Origin: a virus
Taxonomy: Duplodnaviria > Caudoviricetes
Virus record (IMG/VR): IMGVR_UViG_3300042804_000018
Coordinates: 1 to 39,988 of that record
Strand: one strand, 5' to 3'
Length of the DNA: 39,988 bases
Positions 17,315-25,405 of the stretch are shown in pieces. Position 1 is the first letter of the stretch, and every line of letters begins with the position of its first letter. Position numbers and translations under genes: made by a program. The notes under the pieces were generated by a model. That model worked only from the letters and a program-made list of their open reading frames with translations, was not told the origin of the DNA and did no database searches.

Positions 17315-17488
17315 CTAAGCATCTGGCTCTTTGATAACTGACATGTTAAATTCTTGTATATGTACAAGAGTTTCTTGTTTACATTTTGGGCAATATAGTG
17401 GAAAACACTTTAATACTGTATCTTCCCTTATACGGATTCTCGTTTTATTGGCGCAGATAGGACAACATACCCATTTTGGTTTTTGCAA
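17315..17488 (-). CDS. Cysteine-rich KTR domain peptide (57 aa)
   Basis: Manual translation from TTG: MQKPKWVCCPICANKTRIRIREDTVLKCFPLYCPKCKQETLVHIQEFNMSVIKEPDA. Confidence 0.88.
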   Translation of the reverse strand: MQKPKWVCCPICANKTRIRIREDTVLKCFPLYCPKCKQETLVHIQEFNMSVIKEPDA

Positions 17489-18028
17489 CTAGTCTTCCCC
17501 CCTTTTTTATTTTCTCCAGTATGATTTTCGTATTTAATAAAATGTCTAAAATATCATTTTAAATTAGTGTAGATTGCAACACTTTATTCTATCACTATAT
17601 AATTTGTACACTATAACATCTAAAATTGAGAAAATATTTAAGGTACATATATTAACCATAATCATGAAGTATCACATAGGCTTTTTGCTTTATTTTAGTT
17701 TTTGCAACCAAGAGACTCGAGTGTTTCGATCATTTCTTCATCGAAGTAACCACTATTCTAGCTTGAATAGACTCGAGAAAAGAAATAGATTGAGTTTACC
17801 CGATCAAGGTTACAGATTAGTTTTCAAACATTAAATTTACTTGATTTTGGATATAATTATCTATATAGTAATGTTAGTTTTGTATAGAAGCAAGATAAAT
17901 ACCAGCCAAAAATATTTCTGGAGTAACAGTTAAGTCTGCAAACCTGATTCTATTTACTCTCTTCATTAAAAGTAAATTATGATACTAGTAATGTGGACCC
18001 TTTGTCAAGGACATTTAAAAAAAGGCTC

Positions 18029-19363
18029 TCATGAAACATCTAATAAATATTGCTCTCTGTAACTAACAGGGGGCAATTTTTTTAGGTTCCATTGACCACG
18101 CTCATGATTATAATAATCAATATAATCATCAACGACAGCACGTAATTCATGAATATTTTTACAGTGATGATAGTTCATATCATCTTTTAAGTGGCCGAAG
18201 AATGATTCCTGAGGTGCATTGTCCCAACAGTTACCTCTTCGTGACATAGATTGTCCAAGGTTATTAGCGGCTAATTTCTTATGGAATTTTGGGCTCGTGT
18301 AATGAACGCCTTGATCTGAATGGACAAAGGCTTCCTCATGCAAGGCATGACCATGGGCATGCATGAGTTGATCAATCGTATTTAGTGAAATATCTATTTT
18401 CAAATTATCTGAAACATAGTAAGCGAGAATTTCCTTTGTTGCGCCATCTTTTATCGTCGACAAATAACCCATGAACCCGTTGGCTCCAGGTAAATACGTG
18501 ATGTCCGTCAATAAAACTTTCTTACTGACACCTTGATCAAACTGACGCTTGAGTTTGTTTTCGACGGTACAGTGCTCTTTCGTTGCTTTTGCCATGCGTT
18601 TGTATGGATTCGCTTTGCGAATGGGGCAAATAATCGAATACTTTCGCATAAGTCTCTGAACCTTTTTACGATTCACGATAATCTTTAACTTGTTATTGAA
18701 GTACATGACGATGCTACGAGATCCTTTATCATATTTGCGGTAATGATAAGCTTGTTCAATTTGCTTTTTCCACATGAGATCCATCGTTTCATTTGCTTCC
18801 CTTTGATCAGCGCTGTTGAGGTAATTGTAGTAGCCAGAACGCGACACACCTAGTAGATCACACGCATCAACAATCGTTCCTGTATAGGATCCATTTGTTT
18901 TCATGTGATGGATACGTTCGAAAACATCACTTGGACGTTCGCTTCTTTCTTGCCTCCTTTCGCTCCATTCTGATTTTTTTAACAGATTATTCTCTTCTTC
19001 CAAAAGCGTGATCTTCGATTGTAACTTCTCGATCTGTTGTTCTGGCGTTAAGACAGATTTTCTAGGGCGGCCTAAGTTTTCAACCCGTGTATCTTTTAGA
19101 GCGGACACCCCGTGTTCACGATACTTATTTCGCCATTTCTTGGCGAATGATTTCATTCTGTACTCACCCAGTACTTCCGGATCAAATCCTGATTCAGAGA
19201 AGATTTCTTTCATTGTTAAACCGTTGAGCGATTCTGACACAAAATGTTGTTTAAACTCATCCGTGTAAGTAATACTTTTATCTGATACTCTTTTGACATA
19301 AGGATTAGATGCAAGTGTTTGTATCTGTTCATGTGTAAATGTTCGTTTCGTCATAAGTAGCAC
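18029..19363 (-). CDS. IS3 family transposase, single fused ORF
   Basis: N-terminal HTH; rve core LTDITYL, HSDQGVHY, SMSRRGNCWDNAPQESFFGHLK, YIDYYNHER. Confidence 0.95.
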   Translation of the reverse strand: MLLMTKRTFTHEQIQTLASNPYVKRVSDKSITYTDEFKQHFVSESLNGLTMKEIFSESGFDPEVLGEYRMKSFAKKWRNKYREHGVSALKDTRVENLGRPRKSVLTPEQQIEKLQSKITLLEEENNLLKKSEWSERRQERSERPSDVFERIHHMKTNGSYTGTIVDACDLLGVSRSGYYNYLNSADQREANETMDLMWKKQIEQAYHYRKYDKGSRSIVMYFNNKLKIIVNRKKVQRLMRKYSIICPIRKANPYKRMAKATKEHCTVENKLKRQFDQGVSKKVLLTDITYLPGANGFMGYLSTIKDGATKEILAYYVSDNLKIDISLNTIDQLMHAHGHALHEEAFVHSDQGVHYTSPKFHKKLAANNLGQSMSRRGNCWDNAPQESFFGHLKDDMNYHHCKNIHELRAVVDDYIDYYNHERGQWNLKKLPPVSYREQYLLDVS

Positions 19364-19397
19364 CCTTTCTGCATAGTGTGAACGTGAAGTATGGAAC

Positions 19398-19518
19398 GGG
19401 CTTGATGAAGTTGGCGAATAGCGTGACTCAGTGTGTATTGACTGTCAAAAGAAGAAGCGACAGCGACTTTTGATAGTCAATATACACTGGGTTATCATGA
19501 AGAAGCCACTTCAAGCCC
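19398..19518 (+). repeat. Long imperfect inverted repeat inside the IS3 leader
   Basis: 28-bp arms 19424-19451 and 19467-19494, 15-nt loop, outer stem 19398-19415/19505-19518. Confidence 0.85.
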
Positions 19519-19602
19519 ACTGACTGTGTTTTGATTTGAGTATAACAAAATAGCCCCTAAAGAGGGAGACTTTATTTTAGTGTCCATTCTTTAGGGTCCA
19601 TT

Positions 19603-20055
19603 TTATAGTGTAATTCCATTTATAATTAATATCGCAATAATTAATCCAGTAATCCCAACACTAGTTGCACTATATATCCAAAGTTTTGCTCGATTAAACT
19701 TTAGTACTTTAGCAATAACACCTATTGTCCAAACACCTGCTAAAGGAGTTAACAAAAGTATAACCCATGCACCATGCTTTTCCATGCGATTTTCCCATTT
19801 TCCATTTAGACTTTTTTCCATGATTTTTTTCATGAAATTAAATTTCATTAACCATTCATAGCATATATCCACAAACGGAATAACCATCCAATTTCCTAGT
19901 GAAGCCCATAAAAAAGCGTCAAACCAATTTAGCCCCGCTGCAAAACCTGCAGGTATTGCAATATAAATTTCAAAATAAGGAAAAAAACCTATGAACCAAG
20001 TTGAAAATGCTGCTCCAATATACTTAATAATTTCCAAAATTAAACCTCCAATCAA
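19603..20055 (-). CDS. Small multidrug export family membrane protein
   Basis: Hydrophobic; PYFEIYIAIPAGFAAGL and LLTPLAGVWTIG motifs; co-transcribed with TetR; stop codon supplied by IS end. Confidence 0.75.
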   Translation of the reverse strand: MIGGLILEIIKYIGAAFSTWFIGFFPYFEIYIAIPAGFAAGLNWFDAFLWASLGNWMVIPFVDICYEWLMKFNFMKKIMEKSLNGKWENRMEKHGAWVILLLTPLAGVWTIGVIAKVLKFNRAKLWIYSATSVGITGLIIAILIINGITL

Positions 20056-20068
20056 GTTTATTTAATTT

Positions 20069-20647
20069 TTAACTACAAACACCTTTCCAAAAATATCTCC
20101 ATAAATGATCCAATTTTTCATTCCAATTTTGATTTGCTAATGAATCAATATATAAGTTTTCCAACAACATACGATATACACTTATGGCAGACGTTATCTC
20201 TTCTTCTGCCAACATTTTTTGTTTAGCACAATCAATAAAAATTCGTGATACTGTGTCGTCAATAAAATTATCATATTTTGCTAATAATTTATCTACAAGC
20301 GACAACAATTCACTGCTAGATAAAATTGCAACGCGCTTGCTGAACGCTATCTCATCAGCAGTTAAAAAATCACTTTCTAGACAGACAGTTTTAAGCAAAA
20401 TAAAAAGTTGTTCATCTAGTGGTTTATCCCTCTCTACTTCAAGCAATTGTTTTATAGCAACGATATATTTATCTAGTATTTTTTCACAGGAAATAGTAAA
20501 TATTTCATTTTTTCCACTGTAGTGGGTATAAATAGAACCTTTCTTAATGCCAACTTGCTTTGCTAGATAATCAACAGAAGTTCCTTCAAATCCATTTGCA
20601 CCAAAGGATTTTATAAATTCTTCAATAATTAAATCTTTTGTTTTCAT
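20069..20647 (-). CDS. TetR/AcrR family transcriptional regulator
   Basis: GFEGTSVDYLAKQVGIKKGSIYTHYSGKNEIF HTH. Confidence 0.93.
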   Translation of the reverse strand: MKTKDLIIEEFIKSFGANGFEGTSVDYLAKQVGIKKGSIYTHYSGKNEIFTISCEKILDKYIVAIKQLLEVERDKPLDEQLFILLKTVCLESDFLTADEIAFSKRVAILSSSELLSLVDKLLAKYDNFIDDTVSRIFIDCAKQKMLAEEEITSAISVYRMLLENLYIDSLANQNWNEKLDHLWRYFWKGVCS

Positions 20648-20666
20648 AATTCACCATCCTAAATAC

Positions 20667-20713
20667 TAACTACCGGTAGTTATCATTTTATACTAGGTGA
20701 TTCCATTTGTCAA
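20667..20713 (-). promoter_or_regulatory. Sigma-A promoter with palindromic TetR operator
   Basis: TTGACA (20713-20708), 17 bp, TAAAAT (20690-20685); perfect 16-bp palindrome TAACTACCGGTAGTTA at 20667-20682. Confidence 0.85.
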
Positions 20714-21154
20714 GTAATAGTAGTGATTTGCATCTTACCCTTACGGATAACCTAATCTATGTGGAATCATCTATGAATAGCGTTAGTTTCTCATATTGAA
20801 AATTAAACAAAGTTTCGGAATTAGATAAATCTAATTCCTCTATAGATTGCAATTTGAATAATACTGACCCGAGTGTAAATGTAAAAAAGAAGAATTCTTT
20901 GCATGAGTGTTTAATTATTTTGACTGGGTGAGGCCTTTAAAAGATAAAAAGCCACTTCTTCTATGTATATTTAGAAAAAAATCTATCCCTGTGTCTCTAT
21001 TTAAAGATAGTTAGTATCCGTATATAATCAGATTTTACTTTTGATTACTAATTTATTTATAAGAGCTAATTTTATTTTCTACATTTAATAACTACCTCGT
21101 AACTTATACCATTTTCTTTTAGAGAAACTATTAGTCAATTTAGCACTTATTTAC

Positions 21155-21270
21155 TTGGCAAGCAGGGCAAGGTGGTACACACCTTGCATTTTTGCTTGTT
21201 GGGGAGTATCCCCAATCCCCCATTGAACACACAATAAATTGTGTGGCTACGCTCCCTTTGGGAGCTAAAA
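21155..21270. other. Inverted-repeat cluster next to relaxase, candidate oriT
   Basis: GCAAGGTG-gtaca-CACCTTGC (21167-21187), GGGGA-gta-TCCCC, GCTCCC-ttt-GGGAGC in a GC-rich island among AT-rich DNA. Confidence 0.4.
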
Positions 21271-21284
21271 AAACACAGGAAAGA

Positions 21285-22685
21285 TTATCTCTGTTCCTGT
21301 GTCTTTTCTTTTCTATCACGTTCAAAATCTTCGCCTAAAAGGCGATCAACATTTGCCTTTGCAGTCAGGATATTTTGCTTTTCTTTTTTTATGGAATGGT
21401 ACTTTGCATAGGCTTTCTTCTTTACAGAAAGTAATTCAGAATACTCTATTTGTAAAGCCTTAACAGTAGGTAATTTATTGTTCTCCAAGTTGTCAAAAGC
21501 CACCTTTGCCGCTTTATGCAAAAGTAAATCGGCAGTATGTTCTTCATAGAATTTATTAGAGTATCCTGACTTACGGTAAGCCGTGTAAACCTCACGGGTT
21601 TTTGAATAGTTGATGATATGAGTTTTAAGACTTGCTATCTCCGTGATACGCTTTTCGGCAGCTTTAATTTGAGCTGATAAATAATTAAAATTATCCGTTA
21701 TATCCTGTGCTTTTTTCTCTAAATCCTCATAGGCAAGCAGATTATTTTCCGTTAAGTAATTGATGGTTTGTGCCATCTGTTTGAGGTTAAAGATCTTTGC
21801 CCACCGTTCATAGCCAGCACCTTTTCCAGCCTGTAATTTTGCCTGTATATCCACTAAAAGATTGACATGAGATTTCTGTTTTCCCACAGTTTTCTTTCTA
21901 ATTTCAAAAGACTTTTTGCCACTTATAACTGCCTCGATTTCATCTTTAGAATATCCCTCGCCAAGAGAACGCAGACGGATAAATTTTTTCTGTTCTTTAC
22001 CTTTGAAAGCAAGGTGCTTTCCATTTTTAATCTCGTATCCCGCTTCCTCCATCTGTGATAAAAATATTTTAAAATTAGCAGGCTTTTTTTCAAGGATTTT
22101 ATCAATGGTTTGTCGTAACATTTCAGAGTGCGAGGCAGGCTTTTTATCTCCAAGCCATTTACCATAATGACTTTTTCCACGTTTCGGATTTTCAATAATC
22201 GATAATCCACTTTCAAGACAAAGGCTGTCAGATATTTTTCTCACAGCTTTACCCGAGCCTAAAAAATCTCTGAACTTTTTGGTGCAGTCCAGAGATGTAG
22301 AATTATAGATTATGTGATTGTGAATATGAACCTTATCAACATGAGTGGCAACTATAAAGGCGTGTTTTCCTTTGGTAAACCTCACACCTAACTCATAGCC
22401 AATTTTATTGGCAAGCTCTGGTGTAATTTCTCCCGGCTTAAACGACTGGCGTATCTGATAGGCTATCACATCATTTTTTTGTTCTCTGCCCGTAATGTCA
22501 GAATATATTTTCTTAGATAAAAGAAATTCTCCCTGTACGGTTTTTGGGTCACATTCGTAAGAGCTGATGTATTCACCATCATTTGTTTTGCCAGGATTTT
22601 TTGCATAATCTGTACGATCCCTAAGGCAATTAGCAATGGATTTCCCCTTGTTTTGATGCATGGAAATAAAGCGTGTGGTAGCGAT
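21285..22685 (-). CDS. Relaxase/mobilisation nuclease (MOB-P type)
   Basis: DYAKNPGKT, AYQIRQSFKPGE, ATHVDKVHIHNHII His triad; proposed ATC start behind AAAGGAGG. Confidence 0.92.
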   Translation of the reverse strand: MATTRFISMHQNKGKSIANCLRDRTDYAKNPGKTNDGEYISSYECDPKTVQGEFLLSKKIYSDITGREQKNDVIAYQIRQSFKPGEITPELANKIGYELGVRFTKGKHAFIVATHVDKVHIHNHIIYNSTSLDCTKKFRDFLGSGKAVRKISDSLCLESGLSIIENPKRGKSHYGKWLGDKKPASHSEMLRQTIDKILEKKPANFKIFLSQMEEAGYEIKNGKHLAFKGKEQKKFIRLRSLGEGYSKDEIEAVISGKKSFEIRKKTVGKQKSHVNLLVDIQAKLQAGKGAGYERWAKIFNLKQMAQTINYLTENNLLAYEDLEKKAQDITDNFNYLSAQIKAAEKRITEIASLKTHIINYSKTREVYTAYRKSGYSNKFYEEHTADLLLHKAAKVAFDNLENNKLPTVKALQIEYSELLSVKKKAYAKYHSIKKEKQNILTAKANVDRLLGEDFERDRKEKTQEQR

Positions 22686-22746
22686 AGTTAAACCTCCTTT
22701 TGCAAATAAAATACCACTTAGATGTATCAATCTAAGCGCCTAAATG

Positions 22747-23388
22747 TTAAGAGGATAAGTATTCATTTGTGATATGATATAGAAAGTCTAATACTTCATA
22801 TAAATACGAGATACCTTCTTTTAATGAAAGATAGTCGATTGAATGACCGCTTGTAAAATATAAGTCGTTATCGATGCTTATCAAATATCTCCATACATCT
22901 GCGTTTTGGTCTGTTTGTTTTTCTGAAGGGATTTTTCGTTCAAATTCTCTTTGGTCAGCTTCTTGAATTTCTTTGAGTAAAAGCCTAACTTTAGACAAAC
23001 TTATACCCTCTAATGAATATAGTACAAAGTTTTCTTTGTACTTTTTGACATCCTTAATAGCAGATTCATTATTTATAAAACCGTCAATAACTTCTTTCTT
23101 CACTTCATCCCAAAGGGCAAGCAAATTATGCCCTCCTTTTGGCAACCTTCCAAAGCATCGCAAATGGATATGCTTTAATGAAATTTCCAAGCTGTGACGA
23201 TAAGAAAACAATATAGGGAATATGTATGTATCTAAAGTTTTAGGAGTTCCATTTTCTATTGCTAATTTGACCAAATCATCAGCACTATTTTTGTACCCCT
23301 CTCGCAGGCCATATAGTGCAAGTTCTTTGCTTTGCCATCCAAAGTGTGCTGATTGTTCCATGTTACCACTTTCGCAAAATATTTTCAT
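22747..23388 (-). CDS. Hypothetical protein, HEPN-like
   Basis: GYKNSADDL, FPILFSYRHSLEISLK, GHNLLALW, WRY pattern resembles HEPN proteins; SD GGGGGAG. Confidence 0.55.
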   Translation of the reverse strand: MKIFCESGNMEQSAHFGWQSKELALYGLREGYKNSADDLVKLAIENGTPKTLDTYIFPILFSYRHSLEISLKHIHLRCFGRLPKGGHNLLALWDEVKKEVIDGFINNESAIKDVKKYKENFVLYSLEGISLSKVRLLLKEIQEADQREFERKIPSEKQTDQNADVWRYLISIDNDLYFTSGHSIDYLSLKEGISYLYEVLDFLYHITNEYLSS

Positions 23389-23406
23389 ACTTCTATCTCC
23401 CCCAAG

Positions 23407-23871
23407 TTAGCTTTCAATATCATCAAAAATATCCATAACTTTGGTTTCGATCTCATCTAAGATTTCTTTAATGTATTGTGAAACAACTGCATAATCTTCA
23501 ATTATCCTTTTCAACTGAAAGGCTGGATGATGTTTCAAATTCATATCAAAATCACTAATTACAGCAACATTTGGAGAGTTTCTATGTGTCATTTTATTTC
23601 TAAGGTTATTAGCAAAGGAATGATTACCTTTCCATTCTCCTTCACAATCGGAATCATCATCTTGTTCTATATAATCATAAATTTCTTTTGCCTTAGTTTT
23701 GAAACTATCGCTATGATTGTTTACAGGATTAAATATCTGTTTGTAATATACCTTTTCTTTAAGAATGTTAATATTATAAAAAAGTCTATATAACTGCGCT
23801 AACATATCCCATAAACTTGAAGTCCGAAATAGAGCATTTTCAATATAATAAAAGGCAAGTTTTTCTTCTTC
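23407..23871 (-). pseudogene. Cthe_2314-like HEPN protein, 5'-truncated
   Basis: RNKMTH (RxxxxH) motif; frame stays open upstream of the Met as EEEKLAFYYIENALFRTSSLWD to the junction with terminase DNA; no SD/start there. Confidence 0.7.
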
Positions 23872-24107
23872 GGTATCTCAATATAAGCTGTATTAAACTG
23901 TCTATATCCATTTGGTTTAAGTGTTCCAAAAATATCTCTGATGATTTGCTCTTGCCAATCTATGAGTTCAAAAGGCTTTCCTGACCATTTACCTTTGGTA
24001 TGGCTTAAGCACTCAATAAAGTTGACCGCATAGTCTGCAGAATCTTTATCGTAATAAGAGTCCTTTGCCATAAAAGCTGTCGGTTTATATTTCTTCAACT
24101 TTCTAAT
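23865..24107 (-). pseudogene. Truncated second copy of terminase large subunit (N-terminus only)
   Basis: FIECLSHTKGKWSGKPFELIDWQEQIIRDIFGTLKPNGYRQFNTAYIEIPKK closely matches full TerL, then breaks inside Walker A. Confidence 0.9.
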
Positions 24108-24215
24108 ATGCGGTCACCTCCTTACAAGCATAAAAATAGAACTGCATCAAGCAAGCCTTATCATTCTATCCATACGAGAAACAGAGCCAATTTTGGCACT
24201 GTCCTCTGTTACTAT

Positions 24216-24440
24216 TTAGTTGTGTTCTAACAATAGGATTGCAAGCGCAATTTCTGCATCCTCCTCCACAGGCTCAATATCCCAGCCTCGGTCATAGTTT
24301 GCAATAATCTTTCCGTTACGCTTAAGCATCAGCTTAGAGATGCGTCCTTCGTCAATGCCAAATTTCGAGCCTTTCTCATAGCACTTTACCCAGTAATGGA
24401 TGATGCTGTCATGAACTTTGATGCTACCTTCTTTCCACAT
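24216..24440 (-). CDS. Conserved phage hypothetical protein
   Basis: MWKEGSI...YWVKCYE..SKFGIDEGRISKLMLKR...NYDRGWDIEP; SD AAGGAGG. Confidence 0.8.
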   Translation of the reverse strand: MWKEGSIKVHDSIIHYWVKCYEKGSKFGIDEGRISKLMLKRNGKIIANYDRGWDIEPVEEDAEIALAILLLEHN

Positions 24441-24444
24441 GGCT

Positions 24445-24624
24445 TTATTCCTCCTTACCGGTCAGAATGAAACGGGAATAAGCCCCAATGTTATCTGCAA
24501 GGTAAAGAAGTAACTCGTCATATCCTTCCCTCAGAGCGATCTCCTGTACTTTTCGTACATCAAACATATTGGTTTCACCTGTGTCACGAATAGCAAGAAT
24601 CTGTTGTTTTATCTTATCTGTCAT
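24445..24624 (-). CDS. DUF5049-like phage protein, copy 2
   Basis: QILAIRDTGETNMFDVRKVQEIA...YSRFILTG; paralog of 28370-28564. Confidence 0.8.
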   Translation of the reverse strand: MTDKIKQQILAIRDTGETNMFDVRKVQEIALREGYDELLLYLADNIGAYSRFILTGKEE

Positions 24625-25405
24625 CGTGAATCCTCCTGCACAGGTCTTCGCCAAAAGCTACTGAAAGGCTGGAGCCTGAATCCCAACGCACCATAATAGA
24701 ACCAATATCGTCAACTCCTACAACTGTTCCTTTTGGTTTCTCTTTTGGTTTAAGCTTTTGCAGGATGGAATTTGTTACTGCCTGCCTGCTGAAGATCATT
24801 CCTCCTGATACTTCAAATTCGGATGGGAATGATTCATCCTCCATAAACAAGATTCCATCGGCAAAGCCAAGTTCCACCGCTTTTCTTGCGTTAAACCAGC
24901 TTTCTGCATCCATTAGGTGCGATATTTTTGCCCTGGAAAGCCCGGTTTTCAGCTCATAAGCGTTGATGATGGATTCCTTTATTTCTTCCAGCATTGCGAT
25001 AGCTTTCTCCATTTCTTCTGTATCACCGATGGCTATTGTCATAGGGTTGTGAATCATCATCATGCTGACTGGTGACATAAAGACGTCACCTCCGGCCATA
25101 GCTATGACCGAAGCGGCGCTGGCTGCAATACCGTCAATCTTTACCGTCACTTTGCCTTTGTAATCCATAAGCATGTTGTAAATTTGATTAGCTGCAAATA
25201 TATCTCCGCCAGGGCTGTTGATCCAGATCGTTATATCACCCTCTCCGGACAACAGCTCTGATTTGAACTGCTTGGGAGTTACTTCGTCTCCCAGCCAGCT
25301 TTCTTCAGCTATTGGGCCGTCAATATATAATGTCCGGCTGCCATCATCGTTTTGTATCCAGTTCCAGAAGCGGCGAACCGGTTTTTGTTTTTGTGATTTG
25401 TTCAA
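24614..25405 (-). CDS. ClpP-type prohead protease with chimeric DUF4314-derived C-terminus
   Basis: INSPGGD, IDGIAASAASVIAMAG, MMIHNP, AVELGFAD; tail GTVVGVDDIGSIMVRWDSGSSL matches DUF4314; TTG start behind GGAGGG. Confidence 0.88.
   Translation of the reverse strand: MNKSQKQKPVRRFWNWIQNDDGSRTLYIDGPIAEESWLGDEVTPKQFKSELLSGEGDITIWINSPGGDIFAANQIYNMLMDYKGKVTVKIDGIAASAASVIAMAGGDVFMSPVSMMMIHNPMTIAIGDTEEMEKAIAMLEEIKESIINAYELKTGLSRAKISHLMDAESWFNARKAVELGFADGILFMEDESFPSEFEVSGGMIFSRQAVTNSILQKLKPKEKPKGTVVGVDDIGSIMVRWDSGSSLSVAFGEDLCRRIHDDR

Larger units (their letters stand above)
17989..19605 (-). mobile_element. IS3 family (IS150-like) insertion sequence
   Basis: Imperfect TIRs TAATGTGGACCCT..GGACA and TAAAATGGACCCT..GGACA; 3-bp target duplication TAG at 17986-17988 and 19606-19608. 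Confidence 0.9.
13406..23871 (-). mobile_element. Integrative mobilisable element / ICE remnant
   Basis: Relaxase, KTR peptide, Orf7/Orf8-like regulators and serine integrase in the usual order; no T4SS genes; right side cut by a deletion junction. Confidence 0.7.

Noticed and set aside
17574-17834. 86-aa plus-strand ORF
   Set aside because: AT-rich, no SD, no motif; likely spurious
23799-23864. Tail of the 99-aa terminase-like ORF as a real domain
   Set aside because: Out-of-frame read-through into the HEPN gene after the junction
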